A program made the position numbers and the translations under genes. The notes under the pieces are model-generated. The model was given only the letters and a program-made list of their open reading frames with translations. It was not told the DNA's origin and did no database searches. A stretch of 64,000 nucleotides of DNA from an uncultured Chloroflexia bacterium (lineage in GTDB: Bacteria; Chloroflexota; Limnocylindria; Limnocylindrales; CSP1-4): the NCBI GenBank assembly GCA_963813535.1, contig CAWEZH010000003.1:1-64000 (forward strand). The letters run 5' to 3'. Positions 47,403 through 56,694 of this stretch are shown here, piece by piece; positions within the stretch are counted from its first letter, which is position 1; every line of letters starts with the position of its first letter.

Positions 47403-48698
47403 TCAAAGGCCGTCATCACGTCGGGCTGTCTCGCCGCGGGCTGGACGTGTCAGCTGCGTGTCGCCGCTGGTTGCCACGAGTCTCCGCCGGATGGCCGGCT
47501 GGGGTACGCCGCTCGGGTCGAGGCGCTCGGCGCCGAGGAACGCCTGCATCCGTTCCATCCCGGTCGCGAACGCGTCGATGAACGTCTCGTCGGCAGCGAG
47601 AGCCTGGTCCTCCAGCCACAGCCCGAGGATCGCGAACGTCGAGCTCTGGCGATCCAGACGGCCGTCGAAGCGGGCCACGAGTCGGTCGCCCCACAGGACG
47701 GGTAGCGCGTAGTAGCCGAACTTCCGTTTCGGGGCCGGCGTGTAGACCTCCCAGATGTAGTCGAAGTCGAACAGGGGCTTGGCCCGTTTGCGGGCGCTGA
47801 CCGGATCGAGCGGGGCCAGGAAGGTCGCCTCCTCGGTAGTCGTGGTCTCCTTCGGCTTCCAGTCGCGCGGGACCCGGCCGGCGGCCACGGTCTCGATCGC
47901 CTTCCGGTCCGACGCGAGCGCCCAGCGCGGCCCACGCCAGCCCTCGACGACCACCTCCATCAGGGTGCCGTCCCCGACGGCCCGATCCCGCCACGCGATC
48001 GCGGTCGCACGGCTGCCCTTCTCGTAGATCGTGTACGACGTCCCGGTGACGGCCGAGATGCCTTCGAACGCGACGTGCTTGCGGCGCATGAAGTCCTCGG
48101 TCTCGGCGTCGGATGCCGCCTCGAGGAGCTCGGGCGGGGCGATGGCCTCGGTCGGGGCGTAGACCCGCTCGAACCGTTCGCGGTGATGGACCATCGCCTC
48201 GCCGACGCGCCACAGGTAGTACAGCGCCACGGCGCTGTCCTTGCGCCCGCGATAGCTGTCGGTCCGCGTGCGGCTCGCCATCGTGAAGTCGCGGTTGGCG
48301 ACGGTGCCTCGCTCCTGGAGGATGCGGCGCATCTCGACGATCGCAGCGTGGTGCTCGCGCTCGACATCGCGCCAGTGCCCGATCTCGCGTTCGCGGCGCA
48401 TCAGGTTCCGCCAGTACGGCAGTTCGTCCATCGGCCGGACAGCGAGCCAGCCACCCCAGTCGAAGAACCGCCGCTTGTCGTAGGTCAGCGTCGCCCAGTC
48501 GTCGGGTCGATAGTCGATGACGCGGCTGTGCAACATCAGGTCCTGCGCGCGCGCCATGATCCCGAGCGGGTCGAGTTGCAGGTGCTCCATCGCGCGCATG
48601 GCGCGCTCGGTGCCGGCGAGACCGCGCCATCGACGGCCGGGCCAGAGACCCTGCCGGCCGAGGATGAATCGGCGGGCCGTCTGGCGCGAGATCTCCAT
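47403..48698 (-). CDS. ycaQ: YcaQ/AlkZ-family (HTH_42) DNA crosslink glycosylase
   Basis: ARRFILGRQGL, catalytic LQLDP (QxD) motif, FLAPLDP, LFDFDYIWEVYTPAPKRKFGYYALPVLWGDRLVAR. Confidence 0.88.
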   Translation of the reverse strand: MEISRQTARRFILGRQGLWPGRRWRGLAGTERAMRAMEHLQLDPLGIMARAQDLMLHSRVIDYRPDDWATLTYDKRRFFDWGGWLAVRPMDELPYWRNLMRREREIGHWRDVEREHHAAIVEMRRILQERGTVANRDFTMASRTRTDSYRGRKDSAVALYYLWRVGEAMVHHRERFERVYAPTEAIAPPELLEAASDAETEDFMRRKHVAFEGISAVTGTSYTIYEKGSRATAIAWRDRAVGDGTLMEVVVEGWRGPRWALASDRKAIETVAAGRVPRDWKPKETTTTEEATFLAPLDPVSARKRAKPLFDFDYIWEVYTPAPKRKFGYYALPVLWGDRLVARFDGRLDRQSSTFAILGLWLEDQALAADETFIDAFATGMERMQAFLGAERLDPSGVPQPAIRRRLVATSGDTQLTRPARGETARRDDGL

Positions 48699-48734
48699 CG
48701 TCCGCAAGCCTAGCGGCGCTAGGCTGTCGACATC

Positions 48735-49139
48735 ATGGTCGACTCGAACCGGCAGACCTCGAACCTGCGCGACATCGGCGACGTCCCGTCGCTCGACGTC
48801 TGGGGCGACACCGTCCAGGCGCGGGTGATCGTCGGGAACAACGCGAGCCTGGCCGTGGTCGACCTCGCGCCCGGCGCGATCGTCCCGGAGCATCGCCACG
48901 AGCACGAGCAGCTCGGGCTCTGCGTCACAGGCTCGATCACCTTCACGATCGACGGCGAACGGCGGGAGCTCGGGCCGGGCGGCACGTGGCGGATCACGTC
49001 GAACCTGCCGCACGACGCGGTGGCCGGACCGGACGGTGCGATCGTCGTCGACATCTTCGCCCCGGTCCGTGCCGATTGGGACGCGCTGCCACGCTCGGTG
49101 CCTCGTCCCGCTCGCTGGCCGGAGCGAAACGAGGGCTAG
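48735..49139 (+). CDS. Cupin domain protein
   Basis: Motifs VPEHRHEHEQLG, ITSNLPH, DIFAPVRADW. Confidence 0.88.
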   Translation: MVDSNRQTSNLRDIGDVPSLDVWGDTVQARVIVGNNASLAVVDLAPGAIVPEHRHEHEQLGLCVTGSITFTIDGERRELGPGGTWRITSNLPHDAVAGPDGAIVVDIFAPVRADWDALPRSVPRPARWPERNEG

Positions 49140-50059
49140 CGCAGGGCACTGGCCAGCGTCAGCTGTTCGACACGTGGCGGGACGAAGGCCGGGGGTGCGT
49201 CCGGCGCACGTCGTCGGCGCCGGTCCTTGATCCCGTACTCCCTGGCCAGCTCGCGAACGCGCTGCCGGACCGGTTCCACGACGTCCTTGGCGACGTAGGC
49301 CCGACCGTCGTAGAGCCGCTCGTATGACGGCAGCAACTCCGGCCAGTCTCGGGCGAGGTTCTGCAGGAAGTGCTCGCGCGTCCCGGGCTTGAGGTAGAGG
49401 ACGTTGGTCCACACCGCCGTCGCGCCGGCGTCGCGGGCCGCCTTGACGACCTCAGCCATCTTGGCCGGGTCGTCCGACAGGCCGGGCAGGATCGGCGCCA
49501 TGCCGACGCTGGCATCGATGCCGGCGTCGATCAGGGTCCGGATGGCGCGGAGGCGCTGGCGCGGCGGGGCGGTGCCGGGCTCGGTCCTGCGCCAGATCTC
49601 CTCGTCGAGCGTCGGGATCGAGAACGTGATACCGACCTCGGTCTTTGCCGATGCCTCGGTCAGGACGTCGACGTCACGGACGACGAGCGGGCCGCGCGTG
49701 ATGAGACCGATCGGGGTCGACGCGTCGGCCAGCGCCTGGATCGCGCCGCGGGTGAGCCGGAAGCGACCCTCGGCCGGCTGGTACGGGTCGGTCGCCGTGC
49801 CGACCACGACCTGCTCGCGCTTCCACGACTTCCGTGCCAGCTCCCTGCGCAGGACCTCGACGAGATTGGTCTTGACCCGTATCGAGGTGCCATAGCGCGC
49901 GTCCGACGGCCGGTCGGCGAGGTACTCGAAGGCGCGGACGAAACAGAACGTGCATCGGTGGACGCAGCCCATGTATGGGTTGAGCGACCACTTGAAGCCC
50001 ATGCCGCGGACGCGATTGAGAGCGGTCCGGCACGGTTCGTCGCGATAGGTCGGCCGCAT
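49136..50059 (-). CDS. SPL-family (Rv2578c-like) radical SAM protein
   Basis: SLNPYMGCVHRCTFCF (CxxxCxxC), GTATDPYQPAE, RRTEPGTAPPRQRL, APILPGLSD. Confidence 0.9.
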   Translation of the reverse strand: MRPTYRDEPCRTALNRVRGMGFKWSLNPYMGCVHRCTFCFVRAFEYLADRPSDARYGTSIRVKTNLVEVLRRELARKSWKREQVVVGTATDPYQPAEGRFRLTRGAIQALADASTPIGLITRGPLVVRDVDVLTEASAKTEVGITFSIPTLDEEIWRRTEPGTAPPRQRLRAIRTLIDAGIDASVGMAPILPGLSDDPAKMAEVVKAARDAGATAVWTNVLYLKPGTREHFLQNLARDWPELLPSYERLYDGRAYVAKDVVEPVRQRVRELAREYGIKDRRRRRAPDAPPAFVPPRVEQLTLASALR

Positions 50060-50073
50060 GCTATGGGCAAGGA

Positions 50074-50089
50074 TAGAACGGATGTTCTA
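50074..50089. promoter_or_regulatory. LexA (SOS/Cheo) box
   Basis: TAGAAC-GGAT-GTTCTA (GAAC-N4-GTTC) lies 15 nt upstream of the radical SAM start and overlaps a TATCCT -10-like hexamer. Confidence 0.8.
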
Positions 50090-50108
50090 GTGTGTCGAGC
50101 CCGACTCC

Positions 50109-51017
50109 TCAGGAGCGCGGCGTCGGGGCCTTGCGGGCTTCGAAGCCCAGCTCGCGCGCCTCGCGGACGGTCAGCCGCTCCGTCCGCTTCCAGGTGAACG
50201 CGGTCGCGATCGCGTCCCAGAGCGGCGGCAGATCCCAGTACGCCGAGTGGGACCGCGGGAAGTCCTTGCCCGAGTGGACCCGCAGATCGACCACGCTCGC
50301 CAGGCCGTCGCTCCGTCGGAACAGGGGTTCGGCCACGAACGACAGGAAGTCGCGACTGTCGTAGACGTTGAGCCACGGAACGGGGAGATGCGGCGGATCG
50401 GCCTCCTGGTAGGGCAGCGAGGGGATGGCGTCGAACGTGTACAGCAACGGCGCCTGCGAGCCGACCGTGACGCAGGCCTCGACGGGCGCCTCCGGCCAGC
50501 TCGCGACGAGGTCGACCAGAGCGATCCCGCCAAGACTCAGCCCGACCGGCAGGATGGGCTTGCCCCGAGCGGCACGCCTGACCTCGTCGAGCTCATCCCG
50601 CAACACGTCCTGGATCGAGGCTCGATGCTCGTGATAGCCGATCACGTCGGCGAGCAGCTGGGCGCCGATGGTGTCGAGCAGCATCTCGCGCCGGCTCTCG
50701 AAATAATTCGTGACGAGCCGCAAGACGGATGCGCGCCCGACACCCGTCGGCAGACTGGCCAGGGAGATCGCTGTCGGGCGGGCCTGGCGGTACATGGCCT
50801 TGCGCCAGTTGCCGAGCCGCAGCCCGGAGCGCCGGCGCCATTCGGGCGCGATCACGCGCACGTCCCAGCCGCGCTTGCGGACCTGGTCCTCGATACGGGC
50901 GACGTTCCGAACCAGCCCCTCGGATGTCTCGTTCGCACCGTGGACGAAGAACAGCAGCCCGCTCGGCGCCGGCGGCGGAGGGGCGACGCGGGGACGGGTC
51001 CGACCCGGGCTGGCCAT
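50109..51017 (-). CDS. Hypothetical alpha/beta-hydrolase-like protein
   Basis: FFVHGA, GLSLGG nucleophile elbow, TVGSQ, WLNVYDSRDFLS, SHSAYW. TACCCT lies 6 nt before the ATG. Confidence 0.75.
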   Translation of the reverse strand: MASPGRTRPRVAPPPPAPSGLLFFVHGANETSEGLVRNVARIEDQVRKRGWDVRVIAPEWRRRSGLRLGNWRKAMYRQARPTAISLASLPTGVGRASVLRLVTNYFESRREMLLDTIGAQLLADVIGYHEHRASIQDVLRDELDEVRRAARGKPILPVGLSLGGIALVDLVASWPEAPVEACVTVGSQAPLLYTFDAIPSLPYQEADPPHLPVPWLNVYDSRDFLSFVAEPLFRRSDGLASVVDLRVHSGKDFPRSHSAYWDLPPLWDAIATAFTWKRTERLTVREARELGFEARKAPTPRS

Positions 51018-51114
51018 GCGCTGAGGGTAGCGCGGTGAGCGACGCCGGAAACCGCTCGGCAACGCGGGGACGTATCCGACCCTGAACCCCAGCCTGCACT
51101 ACGGAGACCCTTCG

Positions 51115-51654
51115 ATGACCTTGGATCCTCGACGTTCCCTGCTGCTCCCGGCACTGCTTGTCAGCGCCGCGATCGTGGCAGCCTGCTCCAGTGGCGGCGC
51201 CGCTACGACCGCCCCGTCGGTGGCCGCACCATCCGCCGCCCCCTCATCAGAAGCACCGGCATCCGAGGCGCCGGCATCGTCCGCTCCGGCGGCCGCCGGA
51301 GCGGCACTCGCGCTCGCCGACAGCGCCCTCGGCATGATCATCACCGACGGCGCCGGCAAGACCCTCTACATGTTCACGCCCGACGAGGGCGGGACACCCA
51401 CCTGCTACGACGACTGCGCCACGGCGTGGCCGCCGCTCTTGGCCGACGACCCCGCGGCGGTGACCGCCGGGACCGGTCTGGATGCCTCCAAGATCACGGT
51501 CGTCGATCGGACCGATGGTGGGAAGCAAGTCAAGTACGGGGAATACCCGCTGTACTTCTTCGCCAATGACGCCGCGGCCGGCGACACCAACGGCCAGGGC
51601 CTCAACGAGAAGTGGTACGTCGTGGGTGCCGACGGCGAGCCGATCAAGGGCTAG
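51115..51654 (+). CDS. COG4315/Lipoprotein_15 repeat lipoprotein
   Basis: Lipobox VAAC; GKTLYMFTPD, CYDDCATAWPP, YPLYFFAND..GDTNGQG..WYVV. Confidence 0.9.
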   Translation: MTLDPRRSLLLPALLVSAAIVAACSSGGAATTAPSVAAPSAAPSSEAPASEAPASSAPAAAGAALALADSALGMIITDGAGKTLYMFTPDEGGTPTCYDDCATAWPPLLADDPAAVTAGTGLDASKITVVDRTDGGKQVKYGEYPLYFFANDAAAGDTNGQGLNEKWYVVGADGEPIKG

Positions 51655-51674
51655 CCGCACCACATACGGGGGGC

Positions 51675-51702
51675 GGGGCCGGTGGCGCGAGCCGCCGGCC
51701 TC
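51675..51702. terminator. GC hairpin with GCGA loop between convergent genes
   Basis: GGGGCCGGTGGC-GCGA-GCCGCCGGCCTC. Confidence 0.55.
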
Positions 51703-51750
51703 GTGATTCCGCGGCGCGATCCTCCGCGGCGCGAACCGCTGATCCGCTGA

Positions 51751-53445
51751 TCAGGCGCGCGCGGCCACTCTCGTCCTGGAGCGGTTCTTCGCGCGATCCT
51801 TGAGGATCTGGCCCGCGGCGAGCTTGCCCGGCGCGCCCATCACGCAGCCGCCGGGATGCGTGCCCGACCCGCACTGGTAGTAGCCATCGATGGGGGTGCG
51901 GTACTGCGACCACCCGGGCGCCGGCCGGAAGAAGAACATCTGGGGCGCGAAGAACTCGCCGGCGAAGATGTTCCCCTCGGACAGGCCGACGGTGCGCTCG
52001 ATGTCGAGCGGCGTCCGGACCTCGCGTTGGAGGACCAGGTCGCCGAAGCCCGGGAAGAACCGCTCGAGCGTGCGTTGGACTGTGTCGCCCAGGTTCTCCT
52101 TCTCCGTGTCCCAGTCGCTCTCGCGCAGCTTGTAGGGCGTGTACTGGATGAAGCTCGAGAGGACGTGCTTTCCGGGAGGCGCCATATCGGCATCGATCGT
52201 CGACTGGATGGCCATGTCGATGTAGGGGTGCTCCGAGTACCAGCCGTACTTCGCGTCATCGAACGCCCGCTCGAGGTAATCGAGCGACGGGCCGATGTTC
52301 GTGAAGCCGCGGAACTGGTCGCCCCGATCGCCCAACGCCGGGTACTTCGGCAGCCCATCGAGCGCGAAGTTGACCTTGGACGACGTGCCCTGGAAGCGGA
52401 ACCGCTGGATGTTCTCGACGAGGTCGTCGGGCAGCTCGCGCGGGTTGACGAGCTCCAGGAACGTGCGCCGTGGATCGAGCGCGGAGACGACGGTGTCGGC
52501 GTAGTACTCCGTCCCGTCCTGGAGGGCGACACCCGTCGCGCGACCATCCTTGGTGATGACCGAGTCGACCGGCGATTCGAGGCGGATCTCCGCTCCGAAC
52601 GACTCGGCGGCCCGGGCGAGCACCTGGGTGAAGCCACCGTTGCCCTTCTTGTGGAATGCCCACGCCCCGAACTCGCCGTCGTGCTCGCCGATCGAGTGGT
52701 AGAGCAGCACCAGCCCCGAGCCCTGTGACCGGGGCCCGACCTTGGTCCCGATGATGCTCGACGACGCGAGATAACCCTTGAGCAGGTCCGATTCGAAGTA
52801 ATCGTCGAGGAAGTCGGCGGCGCTCCCGGTCAGCAGTCGGACAGCGTTGTGGAGCACGCGCTTGTCCATCTTCTTGAAGCGCGAACCGAGACTGGCCAGG
52901 GCGACCAGCTCCTCCGGATCGTCGCTGAAGATGTCGGGCGGGACCATGTCCAGCAACGGCTTGAGGGCCTGGCAGACCATCTCCATGTCGTGGCTGTACT
53001 GGTCGTAGGCATCCGCGTCGTGCTTGGAATGCCGTGCGATCTCCTGTTGGTTCTGGCCGTGGTCCTGCGTGAAGTAGAGGTACTCGCCGTCGAGGCCCGG
53101 CGCGAACGTCGTCGACATGAGGAGCGGCATGAAGCCGTGCTTCGTCAGCTCGAGGTCGTGGATGATCTCCGGCCGCAGGAGGCTCAACGCGTACGAGAAC
53201 GTCGTGAACCAGAACCCCGGCCGGAGCTCCTCCGTGATCGCCGCGCCACCGACGACATGGCGTCGTTCCAGCACGAGCACCTTCAGGCCGGACTTCGCGA
53301 GGTAGGCGCCATTGACCAGCCCGTTGTGACCGCCGCCGACGACGATGGCGTCGTAGGTGCGGTCGCCGCGGCTGGTGGCCTTGGTCGACTTCGTGCTCCC
53401 GTTCTTGCGGTTTGCCTTGGCGGGCTTCGGCGCGGTCATCGTCAT
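51751..53445 (-). CDS. Phytoene dehydrogenase-like (PYROXD2-type) FAD oxidoreductase
   Basis: Motifs YDAIVVGGGHNGLV, LERRHVVGGAA, TPLDIE..GLSEGNIF, YRTPIDGYYQCGSGTHPGGCVMGAPG. Confidence 0.9.
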   Translation of the reverse strand: MTMTAPKPAKANRKNGSTKSTKATSRGDRTYDAIVVGGGHNGLVNGAYLAKSGLKVLVLERRHVVGGAAITEELRPGFWFTTFSYALSLLRPEIIHDLELTKHGFMPLLMSTTFAPGLDGEYLYFTQDHGQNQQEIARHSKHDADAYDQYSHDMEMVCQALKPLLDMVPPDIFSDDPEELVALASLGSRFKKMDKRVLHNAVRLLTGSAADFLDDYFESDLLKGYLASSSIIGTKVGPRSQGSGLVLLYHSIGEHDGEFGAWAFHKKGNGGFTQVLARAAESFGAEIRLESPVDSVITKDGRATGVALQDGTEYYADTVVSALDPRRTFLELVNPRELPDDLVENIQRFRFQGTSSKVNFALDGLPKYPALGDRGDQFRGFTNIGPSLDYLERAFDDAKYGWYSEHPYIDMAIQSTIDADMAPPGKHVLSSFIQYTPYKLRESDWDTEKENLGDTVQRTLERFFPGFGDLVLQREVRTPLDIERTVGLSEGNIFAGEFFAPQMFFFRPAPGWSQYRTPIDGYYQCGSGTHPGGCVMGAPGKLAAGQILKDRAKNRSRTRVAARA

Positions 53446-53446
53446 A

Positions 53447-54646
53447 TCAGGCCGTCTTTCGCTCCGGGTTGTAGAGCGGCAGCCGCGCCACGTGCGCGGC
53501 GACCTGCTCGTAATGGTGGTCGACGGTGAACTCGAGGTTGACCTTGGTGCCGATCTTCGCGAGGTCCGGTCGGACGCGGGCGATCGCGATGTGGCGCTGG
53601 AGCATCGGCGAGTACATGAAGCTCGTCGCGTAGCCGACTCGCTCGTAGTCGTCGTCGTAGAGCATCCAGTCCTCGACCACCGGCGCGTGGTCCTTGGGCG
53701 GGATGAGACCCGCCTCGTTGTAGACCCGATCGTAGTCCCGCCAGTCCACGACGAGGCCACGCATCGCCCAGCGCGACGTCTTGTCGGCGAGCTCCTTCTC
53801 TAGCGCCCTTCGGCCGATGAAGGCCCGATCGTCGCTCTTGAGGTCCTTGAACATCCAGCCCCAGCCGAGCTCGATCGGCGTCGAGCGGTGGGCGTCGTTC
53901 CACGCGTAGCGGCTGGAGTCGAAATCGGCCTCGAGTAGGAGGAGCCCCGCCTCGATGCGAAGCATGTACAGGGCGGCCAGGCCGAACGGCAGCACACCGT
54001 GGCCCTCGACCGACTCCCACAACGTGTCCCACACGTGGAGCGCGTCGGGTGAATCGATCCAGACCTCGTAGCCGAGGTCGCCGCTGTAGCCGGTGCGGCT
54101 GACGGTCACCCCTGCCCCGCCGATCTCGCCCTTGGCAACGCCGAAGTACGGGATGTGTTCCATCTGCGGGACCAGCCGCTTGAGCAGCGCGCGGCTGCGC
54201 GGACCCTGGAATGCCAGCGTGCCGATCTCGCGGCTGACATCCTCGATGTGGACGTCGTGCTTCCCGATCCGGTCGGCGAAGTAGGCGAAGTTCGGCTCGG
54301 CGGACGTGAGCAGGAACTCGTCCTTGCCGGGTCTCAGGATGACGCCGTCCTCGATGACGAAGCCGCGATCGTCGAGCCAGCACGTGTACTGGGCGGTGCC
54401 GGGCTGGCAGGCGCGGATGTCCCGGGCGAGGACGCCGGCCAGGAAGGTCTCCGCGTCGCGACCGGTGATCCGGTACTTGAAGAGCGGGCTCGTGTCGAAG
54501 ATACCGGCGGCGTTGCGGACCGCGAAGTACTCGAACTTGTCGGACATCTGGTAGCGGTCCGCCGCGAGGTGGCCCGACCAGTGACTCCAGAGTTGCGTCT
54601 CGTTGAGGGCGCTCGTCCGCTCGTGGAACGGCGTCGTCCGGATCAT
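53447..54646 (-). CDS. GcvT-like aminomethyltransferase/THF-dependent demethylase
   Basis: Motifs EYFAVRNAAGIFDTSPL, QGPRSR, VSRTGYSGDLGYEV, LRIEAG, PLYNPERK. Confidence 0.9.
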   Translation of the reverse strand: MIRTTPFHERTSALNETQLWSHWSGHLAADRYQMSDKFEYFAVRNAAGIFDTSPLFKYRITGRDAETFLAGVLARDIRACQPGTAQYTCWLDDRGFVIEDGVILRPGKDEFLLTSAEPNFAYFADRIGKHDVHIEDVSREIGTLAFQGPRSRALLKRLVPQMEHIPYFGVAKGEIGGAGVTVSRTGYSGDLGYEVWIDSPDALHVWDTLWESVEGHGVLPFGLAALYMLRIEAGLLLLEADFDSSRYAWNDAHRSTPIELGWGWMFKDLKSDDRAFIGRRALEKELADKTSRWAMRGLVVDWRDYDRVYNEAGLIPPKDHAPVVEDWMLYDDDYERVGYATSFMYSPMLQRHIAIARVRPDLAKIGTKVNLEFTVDHHYEQVAAHVARLPLYNPERKTA

Positions 54647-54696
54647 CGCGTATCCCCTCGCCTCTCCCCTCGGGTCATCCCGGCGACCTTAGCGGC

Positions 54697-54728
54697 TATT
54701 GGACGTTTGCGCAATATCGTTCTACGCT
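54697..54728. promoter_or_regulatory. TetR operator and leaderless promoter
   Basis: TATTG-GACGTTTGCG-CAATA imperfect palindrome at 54697-54716; TACGCT at 54723-54728, 7 nt before the GTG. Confidence 0.55.
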
Positions 54729-54735
54729 GCGGTCT

Positions 54736-55338
54736 GTGAAACGGATGGCGCCGGCGGAACGGCGCGAGACGATCGTCGCTGCGACGGTCGACGTCGCCCG
54801 CCGCAAGGGCCTCGCCTCGACGACGGTCCGTGACGTGGCCGCGGAGATGGGCACGTCGTCGGGCCTGATCCATCACTACTTCGGCTCGATGGACGACGTG
54901 CTGGCGTCGGCGTTCGACGTCGTGGCGCGGCAGGACCTCGAGGTGTCCGCGGTCTCGATGGCCGCGGCTGGTTCGCCGGTCGAGGCGCTGCGGATCTTCT
55001 TCCGGACCTATACGCCCTCCGACAAGGACTGGGCGTTCCAACTCTGGCTCGACGCCTGGGCCGAGGCGGCTCGACGTCCCGCGGTCCGACGGACGTCCCG
55101 CCGATTGAACCTCGCGTGGCAGGGTCTCCTCGAGCGGACGATCCGGAGCGGGGTGGCGAGCGGGGCGTTCACGTGCCAGGACCCAGGGGGCGCGGCGTGG
55201 CGGATCCTTTCGCTGCTCGACGGACTGGCACTGCAGGTCGTCGCCCACGGGACGACCATCAAGCGCCGGGACGTCGTGGCGTGGTCGACTGCCGCGGCAG
55301 AGCGAGAGCTGGGGCTGGACCCGGGATCGCTCCGCTAG
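54736..55338 (+). CDS. TetR-family regulator (BetI-like C-terminal domain)
   Basis: TTVRDVAAEMGTSSGLIHHYFGS, LWLDAWAEA, LSLLDGLALQ. Confidence 0.88.
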   Translation: MKRMAPAERRETIVAATVDVARRKGLASTTVRDVAAEMGTSSGLIHHYFGSMDDVLASAFDVVARQDLEVSAVSMAAAGSPVEALRIFFRTYTPSDKDWAFQLWLDAWAEAARRPAVRRTSRRLNLAWQGLLERTIRSGVASGAFTCQDPGGAAWRILSLLDGLALQVVAHGTTIKRRDVVAWSTAAAERELGLDPGSLR

Positions 55339-55644
55339 GACCCGGCCACGGCCCGGCGCGTTCAAGGTCCCGTGCGGCAGCCACCGACGTTACTGCGCGC
55401 GCGTCCTCCGCGGTGGCCAGCCACACGAGCCGTCCACAGGATCGTCGCCGAAGATTTCCGCCAGATGCTCACCACGTGAGCGTTCGTCGGGGAATCCGTG
55501 TCATCTGCTTGATCAGGTGCGCATATGACAGGGAGTCGCGGTGGCTCCGCGCGTCGCGCACGGCTCAGGACCTGACCAACGACCGTGTGATGGTCGTTTG
55601 GCAGAGACCGGCCGGCGGCAAATCGTCGGCCCGGGCCCACGTCC

Positions 55645-56694
55645 CTACGCGCGGACCTCCTGGCGCATGAACAGCACGTAGGCCGCCGCGAAGCACGCCA
55701 CCGTCAGCCCCACCAGCCCGACCACCTGGGGCCAGATCAGGATGAAGCTCTGGTCGAGCGAGAACAGCGACGGGATGCGCTGCTGTGCCTGGGCGTACTC
55801 CCCGAGCGTGGCCGGCGTCGAGACCGTCGTGACCTGCGGGTTCAGCAGCGTCAGCGACGCCTCGCGATAGAGCGTGTCCGGCAGGAATCGCTGGAGCGTC
55901 TCCCGCAGCCCGACGTTCCGGAGGACCTCCTCGCCGGAACCGGTGATCGGCGCCACGAAGCCATTGATCAGCGACACGATCAGCCCGCCGAAGAACGACA
56001 GCAACAACCACGTCCCGAAGCCGACCAGCGCGGACGTCGCCGCTCGCCGGATCGCCACGGACAGCAGCATCCCGAACGCCAGCCACAGCGCGATGTAGGC
56101 GAGGGTCAGCAGGACCCACAGCAGGACCCGCAGGATCTCCGCGGCTTCGGGCACGATCCCGAGTCGGATCAACGCGAACGCCGTCACCCCGCCGATCATC
56201 ACGACGAGGACGAGGGCGATCACCGCCAACCCTGCCGCGAACTTGCCGTTGATCACGTCGTCGCGATGGATCGGCTGCGACAGGAGTCGGGGCAGCGTGC
56301 CGTTCGCCCGCTCGCCGTTGATCGCATCGAACGAGAAGGCGAGTCCCAGCAGCGGCCCGACGAGCCCCAGGAACCCGACCACCGACGGTAGCGCGATCTG
56401 GTCGTTGACCGACGGCGTCAGCCAGAACAAGGCGATGAAGAGCGCCGGGAAGTCGTTCGCTCCGCTCGGGGCCTCGCGGATCTGCCCGCTGATGAAGTAC
56501 AGGGGCACCGCGGCAGCGATGGCCATGATGATCGCCAGCACCAGGAAACGAGACGACAGCAGGTGGTCGCCGAACTCCTTCGCGCCGATCACCATCCACC
56601 CCGCGCGCGGGATCGAGCGCGTGCGCTCCTCGCGTTCGACCGCCGGCTCCGGGCGGACGGCGCCGGTGTCGGCCGTGGTCGGTGTCGACGTCAT
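55645..56694 (-). CDS. ABC-2 type transporter permease
   Basis: KEFGDHLLSSRF, FDAINGERANGTLPRLLSQPIHRDDVINGKF, YVLFMRQEVRA. Confidence 0.9.
   Translation of the reverse strand: MTSTPTTADTGAVRPEPAVEREERTRSIPRAGWMVIGAKEFGDHLLSSRFLVLAIIMAIAAAVPLYFISGQIREAPSGANDFPALFIALFWLTPSVNDQIALPSVVGFLGLVGPLLGLAFSFDAINGERANGTLPRLLSQPIHRDDVINGKFAAGLAVIALVLVVMIGGVTAFALIRLGIVPEAAEILRVLLWVLLTLAYIALWLAFGMLLSVAIRRAATSALVGFGTWLLLSFFGGLIVSLINGFVAPITGSGEEVLRNVGLRETLQRFLPDTLYREASLTLLNPQVTTVSTPATLGEYAQAQQRIPSLFSLDQSFILIWPQVVGLVGLTVACFAAAYVLFMRQEVRA

Noticed and set aside
51751-53445. Carotenoid biosynthesis (crtI)
   Set aside because: No crtB/crtE neighbours. The sequence and coupling to a GcvT-like gene fit the PYROXD2-like catabolic subgroup.
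53447-54646. Glycine cleavage system T protein (gcvT)
   Set aside because: No gcvH/gcvP or glycine riboswitch nearby; the context suggests a paralogous demethylase-type protein.
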